Made by a program: the position numbers and the translations under genes
Notes under the pieces: model-generated
The model's input: only the letters and a program-made list of their open reading frames with translations
The model's database searches: none
What the model was told of the DNA's origin: nothing
Source: Ferroacidibacillus organovorans
GTDB lineage: Bacteria; Bacillota; Bacilli; Alicyclobacillales; SLC66
Length of the DNA: 34,104 bases
Direction of reading: 5' to 3'
NCBI RefSeq assembly: GCF_001642725.1
Contig: NZ_LSUQ01000029.1
Span: forward strand, 1-34,104
Shown: one piece after another, positions 1 to 8,679 of the stretch
How positions within the stretch are numbered: the first letter of the stretch is position 1
How the letters are laid out: each line of letters opens with the position of its first letter

Positions 1-44
1 TGACGGAGTCAAAGTCCGTTGCCTTACCACTTGGCGACTCCCCA
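1..44 (-). tRNA. tRNA-Gln(TTG), 3' part cut off by window edge
   Basis: Minus strand reads TGGGGAGTCGCCAAGTGGTAAGGCAACGGAC-TTTGACTCCGTCA, with a D-arm and an anticodon loop carrying TTG. Confidence 0.93.
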
Positions 45-51
45 AAATGTA

Positions 52-135
52 TGGTGGAGGGGGTAGGATTCGAACCTACGAAGCTTGCGCAACGGATTTA
101 CAGTCCGCCCCAGTTGGCCACTTTGGTACCCCTCC
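52..135 (-). tRNA. tRNA-Tyr(GTA)
   Basis: GGAGGGG acceptor stem, anticodon arm GCGGA-CTGTAAA-TCCGT, long variable arm, GTTCGAATC T-loop, encoded CCA. Confidence 0.96.
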
Positions 136-154
136 ATGCCGTCACAGCTTTCCT

Positions 155-163
155 AGTATAACA
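155..163 (-). promoter_or_regulatory. Putative extended -10 promoter (TGnTATACT) for tRNA-Tyr/Gln
   Basis: TGTTATACT about 20 nt upstream of the tRNA-Tyr 5' end; no good -35. Confidence 0.5.
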
Positions 164-306
164 CCAACTTGTTGAAAAAGAAAACCCGTTGATCACACTC
201 TTTTTTTCTGTCTGTGGTATGCTCATCCTGTCGCAACGCGCCGCATGAATCCTTGTATCGAATGGCGTTTAAAACTCCCTTGCGACACAGAAGTCGGAGG
301 GATATC

Positions 307-1593
307 ATGTCTGTCAATCAGGCAGTCACTCAAAAAAAGAGCATATCGGCAACTGTGTATTATCTGATCACTTCACTCAGTTGGAGCATTCCAGCACTGC
401 TTCTGGTTAGCATCGCGCTTCCCCAAGCACTTCTTGGGAATCTGGGTGATCCACTTCTCCTGGCCGCCATTCACGCCATCATTCTTGGCACACTGCTAAC
501 CGCAGCCTGTGGTGTATTATGGCAATTCATCCCGATTGCATTTCAAGCGCCCCCGCTCAGTCGCCGCGTTCTCTATTGGCATCTCCCCACACACACAATC
601 TCCGTGCTTCTCATGGTTCTCGGTTTTATTCAGAGTCAGTGGAACATCGTGGCGTGGGGCGGATCCCTTTTACTTCTGATAACCATCGTGTACGGTACAT
701 ATCTTTTCGCACATTTACGCCGAGCGCGCAATCAAACCGCCGTTCACAAACTTATGGCTTTCCCGCTTATTTCGCTCCCCATCGTCATGTTCGTCGGGCT
801 ACTCCTTGCGACTCATCGCGTAGCAGGGTCAAACCCATGGTTGGTCACACACGCAACCCTTGGCTTTTTTGGATTCTGGATCAGCCTCGTGATGGTGATC
901 AGTTACAAATTTATCCCTATGTTTTCCCTTAGTCACGGGTACCGGGTTATACCTCACTTCGTTATGCGTCTGTATTTCATCAGCCTAACCCTTCTCCTCG
1001 TTGCAGGATTGCTTCCACTCCTGCATATCTCCCCGCTTTTTTCACGCGCCTTACAGTGGATCGGCGCTTCCCTAAACGCTGTCTCTCTCACACTCTTTGT
1101 ACGTGACAGTGTGCGAATTTTGCAGGCGAGAAAAAGACGACGAATTGCATTTCCGCTTATCGCCGCGCTGCTCTCATCCAGCTTTCTCATCCTTTCCGCA
1201 CTGCTTGCACTCGCGGTTTTTAGCGGCTGGATTCACATCTCTGTGACCCTTATCGCATATCTCATGATCCTTGGCGGACTGTTTCCTCTGCAACTCGCGT
1301 ATATGCACAAGATCATCCCCTTTTTACGCTATGAGTACCGTTACTCCCACGCGCCAGATCGAAAATCAGCTCCACGTTTAGACGATATGGTGCAAAAAGA
1401 CAATGCAAAACGAGGCTCGATCATGTACGCGGCTGGTTTTCTGATCAGCTTTTCGCTCATCCTGATCCAACCGCGCGCATTATCCGAGCCTGTAAGCATC
1501 ATTTTAGGCTTGTTACAAATAGGTGGAATTCTTTCAGTAATCACCGGGTTCGTCAAGACGCTCCAGAGCGGCGGCGTTCGTCCACCCGCATAA
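307..1593 (+). CDS. Polytopic (~12 TM) membrane protein of unknown function, heme-copper-oxidase subunit I-like / NnrS-like
   Basis: GGAGG at 296-300 before ATG at 307; hydrophobic helices throughout; repeated helices ending in (Q/K)(F/I)IP; KIIPFL..YRYS...P.L.DM C-terminal motif. Confidence 0.7.
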   Translation: MSVNQAVTQKKSISATVYYLITSLSWSIPALLLVSIALPQALLGNLGDPLLLAAIHAIILGTLLTAACGVLWQFIPIAFQAPPLSRRVLYWHLPTHTISVLLMVLGFIQSQWNIVAWGGSLLLLITIVYGTYLFAHLRRARNQTAVHKLMAFPLISLPIVMFVGLLLATHRVAGSNPWLVTHATLGFFGFWISLVMVISYKFIPMFSLSHGYRVIPHFVMRLYFISLTLLLVAGLLPLLHISPLFSRALQWIGASLNAVSLTLFVRDSVRILQARKRRRIAFPLIAALLSSSFLILSALLALAVFSGWIHISVTLIAYLMILGGLFPLQLAYMHKIIPFLRYEYRYSHAPDRKSAPRLDDMVQKDNAKRGSIMYAAGFLISFSLILIQPRALSEPVSIILGLLQIGGILSVITGFVKTLQSGGVRPPA

Positions 1594-1610
1594 GAAAAAA
1601 CCAACTTCAA

Positions 1611-2186
1611 TTAAGCGACGACAGACGAATCGACAAGAAATCCATAGTGAACAGGATTCAAATGGTGCAACTGGTGAGAAACGTTAAGCTCTGTGAGAGC
1701 AGCGCCTAGCGATGCGGAGGAGAGACGGTGATGAATCGGTGGTCCAAACTCGCTCTCCTTTTTTTCCCACTCAATGAGCAACATCTTGCCACTCGGTTTT
1801 AAAATTCGAATGAATTCTTTCAGCGATTGTGACAGGTCATCCACCTCGTGAAGGACAAACGAACATAAAATTCGATCAACAGAGTGATCAGGAAGCGCAA
1901 TACTTTCTGCTGGACTCTCGACCGTAGTAACGTTTTGGCAATTCGCCTCTGCAGCGCGCTTTTGCACATAGGAAAGCATCACGGAAGAGAGATCAACGCA
2001 ATACACTGAGCCCTTCGTTTTTGCTGCCAACGGAAGAGAAAAATAGCCAGGACCACACCCGATATCTGCCACGTCATCCGTTTCTCGCACATCGAGAAGT
2101 TGCAGCGTTTCATCAGGAGGTAAAAGCTTCATACGTTCAGCGCTCAACAAGCGATCTACGTGTGCCGGATCAAAGCGATGTCCCAT
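1611..2186 (-). CDS. Class I SAM-dependent methyltransferase
   Basis: Motif I VADIGCGPG, YCVDLS, SFVLHE, LKPSG; AAAGGGGA ribosome-binding site. Confidence 0.9.
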   Translation of the reverse strand: MGHRFDPAHVDRLLSAERMKLLPPDETLQLLDVRETDDVADIGCGPGYFSLPLAAKTKGSVYCVDLSSVMLSYVQKRAAEANCQNVTTVESPAESIALPDHSVDRILCSFVLHEVDDLSQSLKEFIRILKPSGKMLLIEWEKKESEFGPPIHHRLSSASLGAALTELNVSHQLHHLNPVHYGFLVDSSVVA

Positions 2187-2208
2187 TTTAAATCCCCTTT
2201 TTAAGATG

Positions 2209-3669
2209 TCATGAATGGCGCGCCGTTACCATTTTCCTGCGCGTATAAAACTCCACGCCATCTTTGCCATTGGCGTGAAGATCTCCATAAAAGGATTTCT
2301 TCCAGCCGGAAAACGGGAAGAATGCCATGGGGGCAGGTACGCCGAGATTGATACCAAGCATTCCCGCGTCAATCTCTTCGCGAAATTTCCGAATCGCACT
2401 CGCGCTGTCCGTAAAAAGGCATGCCCCATTAGCAAAATCGGACTGGTTCGCGATCTGAATCGCTTCATCAAACGTTTCAACGCGAACAACCGATAACACC
2501 GGTGCAAAAATTTCATCCGTCCAAACTTTCATCCCAGGCTTCACGTGATCAAGAAGCGTCGCGCCAAGAAAATACCCATCTTCAGACACTGGGTCGTTTC
2601 GTCCATCGCGCACGACGATCGCACCCTCCCGCTCACCGTGTTCAATGTAAGAAGTGGCGCGCTCTTTTTGCGACTGTCGAATGACCGGACCGAGGAAAAC
2701 GTTTTCTTCGAGTCCATTCCCGATGATCAATTCATCGCCCGCATTTTTTAACCGCTGAACGAGCTCATCCGCAACATCGCCCACCGCAACCACGACGGCG
2801 CACGCCATACAGCGCTCTCCCGCCGACCCGTAGGCGGCCCCAACAATCTCTTTTACCGCAAGATCAAGATCCGCATCCGGCAAAACAATCGTGTGATTTT
2901 TCGCCCCAGCGAGCGCCTGAACGCGCTTTCCATTCGCTGCCGCCGTCTTGTAAACGTATTCCGCGACAGGCTGCGACCCCACAAAAGAGATGGCAGTGAT
3001 ATCCGGATGGGAAAGCATTCCATTGACGACGTCACGCGCACCGTGCACGATGTTGAATACACCATCCGGGAGCCCCGCTTGGGAGAGCAACTCAGCGACG
3101 CGATTGGCGGTAAGCGGCGTACGCTCCGACGGCTTTAACACAAATGTGTTCCCGCAGGCGATCGCGAGTGGGAACATCCAAAACGGCACCATCATCGGAA
3201 AATTAAACGGTGTGATGCCACCGACGACTCCGATCGGATAGCGATACATCCCTGATTCAATATCTGTCGCGATACTCGACAATTGATTTCCCATCATAAG
3301 CGTAGGTGCACCCGCTGCAAACTCAACACATTCGATACCACGTAACACTTCGCCATGCGCCTCTTTAAAACTCTTTCCATTCTCCATCGTGACAAGTTGG
3401 GCGAGTTCATCCCAGTGCTTGACGAGTAGTTGCTGAAAGGAAAACATGATGCGCGCACGCTTAGGAGCAGGCACGCGGCTCCACGTTTTAAACGCGTGTG
3501 CGGCGTCCGCGACCGCCGCGTTTACGTCTTCCAGCGTAGAGAGCGGAACGTGCGCCAGCGTTACCCCAGTTGCTGGATTCACGACGGCTTCCGTCTCATT
3601 TGAGCGAGACGGCACCCACTTTCCGCCACTATAATTTTGAAGCGTTTCTCCATCACAAGTCAAATTCAC
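2209..3669 (-). CDS. iolA: CoA-acylating (methyl)malonate-semialdehyde dehydrogenase (IolA/MmsA)
   Basis: ITPFNFP, LKPSE, SFVGS, AGAKNH, catalytic Cys in [41 protein letters not shown] start with AAAGGGGG SD. Confidence 0.93.
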   Translation of the reverse strand: MNLTCDGETLQNYSGGKWVPSRSNETEAVVNPATGVTLAHVPLSTLEDVNAAVADAAHAFKTWSRVPAPKRARIMFSFQQLLVKHWDELAQLVTMENGKSFKEAHGEVLRGIECVEFAAGAPTLMMGNQLSSIATDIESGMYRYPIGVVGGITPFNFPMMVPFWMFPLAIACGNTFVLKPSERTPLTANRVAELLSQAGLPDGVFNIVHGARDVVNGMLSHPDITAISFVGSQPVAEYVYKTAAANGKRVQALAGAKNHTIVLPDADLDLAVKEIVGAAYGSAGERCMACAVVVAVGDVADELVQRLKNAGDELIIGNGLEENVFLGPVIRQSQKERATSYIEHGEREGAIVVRDGRNDPVSEDGYFLGATLLDHVKPGMKVWTDEIFAPVLSVVRVETFDEAIQIANQSDFANGACLFTDSASAIRKFREEIDAGMLGINLGVPAPMAFFPFSGWKKSFYGDLHANGKDGVEFYTRRKMVTARHS

Positions 3670-3805
3670 GTGCCCCCTTTAATCAGCTTCTAGCAGTAAC
3701 CCCCACAACGCTAGTCTATCACACAGATGGTGGTACCCTCACGATGACCTTCACAGATTCAACATTCTCCACGGCAAATACACGCCATGCGTAGCTGCGT
3801 TCAAA

Positions 3806-3994
3806 TCAGGTGTTGTCTGATGCTGAAATTCTCACAACGGTGTCATTCCACGACTGACCGCCGCCAATCGGATCTGCGCCACTCGCAATCAGAGCATTCG
3901 GATTGTATCCGCGAAAAGCAGCAGTTCTACCATACTGCCAATGCCCGAAACTCGCTGATATCGCGACGACCTGTGGGTGAATCGCTTCGCACGT
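3806..3994 (-). pseudogene. 3'-terminal remnant of a molybdopterin oxidoreductase (DMSO-reductase family) catalytic subunit
   Basis: Start-less frame TCEAIHPQVVAISASFGHWQYGRTAAFRGYNPNALIASGADPIGGGQSWNDTVVRISASDNT* resembles the C-terminal molybdopterin-dinucleotide-binding domain; lies directly downstream of the Mo transporter. Confidence 0.75.
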
Positions 3995-5944
3995 TCATCC
4001 GTTTCCTCCCACAGTAGACAGCGGCTGATAACCGAACTGCTGAAAGATGGCCTGCCCCTTTGCTGATACCATCATGCGCAAAAGCGCGTTCGCGAGCGCA
4101 GGGTGTGGCGCGTGTACGGGAACCGCGATATAATTCGTCGCAATCACGTTGAGCGTTGCCGGAATTGGGATCACGGTCACTTTGGAACGAAGCGTAGGCG
4201 TTACGTCCGTCTGGTATACAATCCCCGCTCCTGCGTCGCCGAGCGCCACCTTCTCGAGAATCTGTTTTACGTTTACCTCTTCCGATACGACATGTGCCAG
4301 CGCATCTGTCGAAAATGCAGATCCATACACGGCATTCGCCTTTTGAAAGATCTCTCTTGTGTACTTTCCGATCGGAACACTCGTGACCCCAATGATGAGA
4401 TTGACTGGTTTACGTCCGAGATCTGCGAGAGATGTGATATGCGCCGGGTTAGCTTTAGGGACAACGATCACTTCCTTATCGTGTGAAACCGGATAAAACT
4501 GGGTCACGAGCCCTTCTTTCTTAATCTGCGCAATATGACTCAGATCGGCCGAGAGAAAAAGATCATCCGGCGCGCCTTGCTGTAGCTGTGTTTGCAAGAT
4601 TTGTGTCCCGGTATAACTCGCCTGAATGAAGACACCGGAATGCCTTTGTTCAAACGCCTGGATGATCGCGTTAAAGGGGTCGGTTGCATTCGCCGCGACA
4701 AACGCCGTAAGTGTCGTCGAGTGACCCGCCTGATTTGCGCCTGCGCCCTGCGCGTGAGAGTACGTAGTAACGCTTGCTCCCACACCGACTGCGGCAATCA
4801 GCGCTACTGCCGCTGTGAGTGGCGATCTCAAAAAGCATATGCGCGAGGCTGGACGCCACAGTTCTCCAACTTGCGTCTGCTTTTCCGATGGTTCATCTCG
4901 AACGAAAATAGAAGCATCTCGACGTTCTTCATCAGCACTTTGCGCACGAGTGACATACTGGCGTATGTGCTCGCTCGCCACGCTGATGCAGACATCCTCG
5001 CCCACCTCAAACGAGCTTTCACGAAGTGTGTGCGATGACACATCTGCAATGAGCGGAACATCTCCATCAACCCACAAACGCAGCGCATGCCCATATAGCG
5101 CACGATCGCGAATACGTCCACGCCACTGACGCTCCGCTGAAACGGGCCCCCGCGTGACCACCGCGTGCCACGGATCAAACGAGAGGACGCGCGTCTCCTC
5201 TTCTCCACACGTTTCGCTCACCTGATCATCTGCCACCCAGTTGGTTCCGACAAATTGCGCCACAAAACGATTCGCAGGACGCTCGCGCACCTCTTCTGGC
5301 TCTCCGCGCTGTAAAATGATGCCGCGATCCATGACAGCGATCTCTTGCCCGAGGACGCGCGCGTCTTCATAATCGTGCGTCACCACAATACAGGGAATCC
5401 CGATCTGATCGAGTTGCGTACGCAGTTCTGCCCGCACATGGCCGCGTGTTTCTACATCCAGCGCGGACAAGGGTTCATCAAGCAGCAGCAACTTCGGCCG
5501 TTTGACGAGCGCCCGCGCAAGCGCCACGCGTTGTTGCTGTCCTCCAGACAACGTGTTTGGCTTAGCTTCAGAGAGCGACTCTAACTGAAACATCCGCAAT
5601 ACATCACGCACACGTTCTGCGATTTCGGCACGCGCGACTCCCTGCAATCCGTACGCGATGTTGTCACCGACGGACAGATGTGGAAAAAGCGCATAGTTTT
5701 GAAACACCATGCCGATGTTGCGCCGCTCCGTTGGCAACATCACCGTTTGCTTTGCGTCAAACAGGGTTTTTCCATCCAATTCGATAAAACCGTCATCGGC
5801 ATGAACAAGGCCCGCAAGGAGTTGAAGCAGTGTCGTTTTACCACACCCAGAGTGCCCGATAAGCGCTAACGTGTGCGCTGGCACATTGAGCTTGACATCA
5901 AGTGTAAACTCACGAAGTGATTTGCGAAGTTGAAAGGACAGCAT
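3995..5944 (-). CDS. Molybdate/tungstate ABC transporter: fused ATPase (ModC) - TOBE-like region - TM helix - substrate-binding protein (ModA)
   Basis: N-half has Walker A GHSGCGKT, LSGGQQQR, LLLLDEP, VTHD; hydrophobic LTAAVALIAAVGVGASV; C-half has ModA motifs QGAPDDLFLSAD, VPIGKY, NVKQILEKV, AGIVYQTDV, FQQFGY. Confidence 0.88.
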   Translation of the reverse strand: MLSFQLRKSLREFTLDVKLNVPAHTLALIGHSGCGKTTLLQLLAGLVHADDGFIELDGKTLFDAKQTVMLPTERRNIGMVFQNYALFPHLSVGDNIAYGLQGVARAEIAERVRDVLRMFQLESLSEAKPNTLSGGQQQRVALARALVKRPKLLLLDEPLSALDVETRGHVRAELRTQLDQIGIPCIVVTHDYEDARVLGQEIAVMDRGIILQRGEPEEVRERPANRFVAQFVGTNWVADDQVSETCGEEETRVLSFDPWHAVVTRGPVSAERQWRGRIRDRALYGHALRLWVDGDVPLIADVSSHTLRESSFEVGEDVCISVASEHIRQYVTRAQSADEERRDASIFVRDEPSEKQTQVGELWRPASRICFLRSPLTAAVALIAAVGVGASVTTYSHAQGAGANQAGHSTTLTAFVAANATDPFNAIIQAFEQRHSGVFIQASYTGTQILQTQLQQGAPDDLFLSADLSHIAQIKKEGLVTQFYPVSHDKEVIVVPKANPAHITSLADLGRKPVNLIIGVTSVPIGKYTREIFQKANAVYGSAFSTDALAHVVSEEVNVKQILEKVALGDAGAGIVYQTDVTPTLRSKVTVIPIPATLNVIATNYIAVPVHAPHPALANALLRMMVSAKGQAIFQQFGYQPLSTVGGNG

Positions 5945-6749
5945 GCTTCTTGCGCACCCCCTTTTTGACGGTGCGATTCACATGCGTGGTGCGCCCGAGC
6001 ATATACACCAGGATAAGTAAAATGAAGGAAACGAGCAAAAGGAGTGCGGACATCGCAACCGCCACATTAAAGTTCGACTGCATCGCCGTATAGATCGCGA
6101 GGGGCAGCGTCTGCGTAATGCCAGGCAAATTGCCAGCAAACATCATCGTAGCGCCAAACTCCCCAAGCGCCCGTCCCCAAGCGAGCGCCGCGCCAGAGAG
6201 TAGCCCAGGCGCCGCAAGCGGAATGGTGACGCGCCAGAAAGTCGACCATCTCGATACGCCAAGTGTGCGCGAAACAGTGAGGAGTTGCCCGTCCACCGCC
6301 GCGAACGCTTGCATCGCAGCGTGGATGTAAAACGGCGCACTGATGAACATCTGGGCAATGATCACGGCGGACGTGTCAAAAGAGAGGGAAATCCCGAACA
6401 GGGAAAAAGCGTGCCCGAGGAGTCCTGATTGACCAAAGACTAAAAGCAGGCCGACACCTGCAACAGCTGGTGGACTGACGATTGGCATTTGAACCGCAGC
6501 GCGAACAAGCGACTGTCCGCGAAAGTTGCTTCTTGCGAGCCAGTATGCGATTGGCGTGCCGAGTAAAAGAATGACGATAAGTGCACTGACACTTGTCTTT
6601 ATACTCAGTTGGAGCGCCTGATACGATGCTGCCGTGTTTAATTCGCGAAAAAGTGTGCCAATAGGCATTGAGAAAAAAACGGCGAGTAACGGAAGAAAGA
6701 GAAACGCTAAACCGATTGCGATAACAATGCTCCATAAAATACGAAACAT
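5910..6749 (-). CDS. modB: Molybdate ABC transporter permease
   Basis: PIVSPPAVAGVGLL, RALGEFGATMMFAGNLPGITQTLPLAIY. Confidence 0.92.
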   Translation of the reverse strand: MFRILWSIVIAIGLAFLFLPLLAVFFSMPIGTLFRELNTAASYQALQLSIKTSVSALIVILLLGTPIAYWLARSNFRGQSLVRAAVQMPIVSPPAVAGVGLLLVFGQSGLLGHAFSLFGISLSFDTSAVIIAQMFISAPFYIHAAMQAFAAVDGQLLTVSRTLGVSRWSTFWRVTIPLAAPGLLSGAALAWGRALGEFGATMMFAGNLPGITQTLPLAIYTAMQSNFNVAVAMSALLLLVSFILLILVYMLGRTTHVNRTVKKGVRKKHAVLSTSQITS

Positions 6750-6790
6750 GCGATCCCTTGTGTTGATTGTGAACTCTCCCCTCTTCCACC

Positions 6791-6815
6791 TATATCAGAT
6801 AAGTTATCATATATA
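6791..6815. promoter_or_regulatory. Dyad TATAT-N2-GATAA-G-TTATC-N2-ATATA, putative operator over the modB promoter region
   Basis: 25-bp inverted repeat about 40 nt upstream of modB, overlapping a minus-strand TATGAT. Confidence 0.45.
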
Positions 6816-6931
6816 ATAAAAAAACGGAATAAAAAGCACGCACCATGCCACGGTCCGTTAAAAAGCCGTTGAGCAAAAGAATGCCTGAATTCTCTTTTTG
6901 ACATCGCCATTTTTCTTGCAGAGACACACCT

Positions 6932-8611
6932 TTAATACGTTGCACCTTGCAAAAACTTAACGCGCTCACCCATCGGTGGAATCTCGTTACCATCAACGAC
7001 CACTTCAATGAAGACGGGCATCCCCCTTTGCGTCCACTGGAGCATCTGTTCTTTCGTTATATCGCTTATCCGGCTGACTTGATACGCTTCAATCCCGAGC
7101 GATCGCGCCACCTCGGTGAGATTGATCCGCTCCTGACTAAACTCACTTGGGCAGCGCTGATATTGAAGCATGTGCCCGTGATAGACCATGCCAAGACGCG
7201 CGTTGTTCACGACAATAAAAAGAAGGGGGATCTTTGCCTCTTTTGCCGTAAGAATTTCCATACCGTGCATAAAAAAGCATCCATCTCCCGTGATGCATAC
7301 AACGGGCCGCTCCGGTTCCGCGAGCTTAGCGCCAATAGAACTTGTGATTCCTGATCCCATCCCTCCAAAATGAATGTTGATATCAAAATCAAATCCAGGC
7401 CTCATCGTCAACTCTTGGATCGCATAGGTCATCAGTTCGCCAATATCCACGTAAAACTTCGTACCCTCAGGTGCGCACGCACCGATGCGGCGAATGATGT
7501 CACGCGTTTTAAGTGAATTCTCAGTCGATTTTGGCGACCCTTCATCGAAACTGGGGGACATCTCTTCCGCTGCCGCCGCAATTTCTTGCGTGAACGTGGT
7601 GGTCAAAGGCGGCCGCGCACCGAGTTTTTCAATCAGCAGCGAAAGTATGGGTTCGATGTGCCCTGTGATCGTTCGATACGGCGTGAATCCGCGCCCAAAC
7701 ACTTTCGCGTCATAATCGATGTGAATCAATCGTTTCTCGTTTACGAGTTGTTCATCCCAATTGCACGTCCCACTCTCCCCAAGACTCGAACCGATGACAA
7801 GTAAGACATCCCATTCTTTGCTATGTAAATACATAATCGCACGCTCGTGACCTGCCAACCCATAGACACCAAGACTCAAGGGATGCGTTTCTGGAAATCC
7901 TCCCTTCCCTCGCGGTGTTGTGGCGACCATCCACTGCAGTCTCTCTGCGAGTTCAAGCGCGAGACGTTTCGCTGACTTTGCTCCATAACCGAGAAGAATC
8001 GCGCCGCGCTGACCGGACTGTTGAATGATTTGTGTGATTTCTTCGACTTCACTCAGCTTGAATTGCGTTTGTATTTTTTCACTTGTATTCTTGACAATAG
8101 GATGAGAATGGATCTCAGCCATCTGCACATTGATTGGGAGTTCAACGTGAACAGGGCCCGGAATTCCTGAAACTGCCGTTTCATAGGCGCGGACAAGCGC
8201 ACCTGGCACATCGCTGGGATTGTGAACTGCAACGGATGATTTGGTGATCGACTTAAACAAAGGCGTAGCGAGGAGTTCTTGTGCCCCACCTTTGCCAAGG
8301 ATAGGTGTCGGAACCGCTCCCGTGATAAAGAGGACAGGCGTTTTTTCTGTGAATGCATTCGCACACGCGGTTAGCAGATTGGTCGCTCCCGGACCGCTTG
8401 AGCCGATGGCCAGTGATGGTCGTCCCGTAACTCTTGAGTACGCCGCGGCGATGTATCCAGCGCTTGCCTCGTGTTTGACGATCAGCGATTTTATTTCAGG
8501 AATATCGAGCAGCGCATCATAGATCGCATTGATCGATCCCGCAGGGATTCCAAATGCGTGCGTTACACCGCACTGCGCTACTTCACGCAATCCAACCTCA
8601 ATCGCTCTCAT
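6932..8611 (-). CDS. Thiamine-diphosphate-dependent enzyme (acetolactate synthase large subunit-like superfamily)
   Basis: FGIPAG, catalytic Glu in KHEASAG, GPGATN, PGPVH, ThDP motif GDGCFFM...VVNN; no ilvH/ilvC nearby. Confidence 0.88.
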   Translation of the reverse strand: MRAIEVGLREVAQCGVTHAFGIPAGSINAIYDALLDIPEIKSLIVKHEASAGYIAAAYSRVTGRPSLAIGSSGPGATNLLTACANAFTEKTPVLFITGAVPTPILGKGGAQELLATPLFKSITKSSVAVHNPSDVPGALVRAYETAVSGIPGPVHVELPINVQMAEIHSHPIVKNTSEKIQTQFKLSEVEEITQIIQQSGQRGAILLGYGAKSAKRLALELAERLQWMVATTPRGKGGFPETHPLSLGVYGLAGHERAIMYLHSKEWDVLLVIGSSLGESGTCNWDEQLVNEKRLIHIDYDAKVFGRGFTPYRTITGHIEPILSLLIEKLGARPPLTTTFTQEIAAAAEEMSPSFDEGSPKSTENSLKTRDIIRRIGACAPEGTKFYVDIGELMTYAIQELTMRPGFDFDINIHFGGMGSGITSSIGAKLAEPERPVVCITGDGCFFMHGMEILTAKEAKIPLLFIVVNNARLGMVYHGHMLQYQRCPSEFSQERINLTEVARSLGIEAYQVSRISDITKEQMLQWTQRGMPVFIEVVVDGNEIPPMGERVKFLQGATY

Positions 8612-8679
8612 CCGTTTACACGCTCCTATTCTACTGAATCAGCCGTGTATGCAATCTTAGATTGTTGGAGGAACTTTCC

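Noticed and set aside
3995..3997. In-frame TGA as a selenocysteine codon
   Set aside because: The position is not catalytic, the downstream part is only a partial domain, and I cannot support a SECIS element.
3787..4017. 76-aa plus-strand ORF
   Set aside because: It is antisense to the molybdoenzyme remnant, which explains the sequence better.
6750..6931. Moco/Tuco riboswitch upstream of modB
   Set aside because: No matching conserved blocks; the region is AT-rich and promoter-like.
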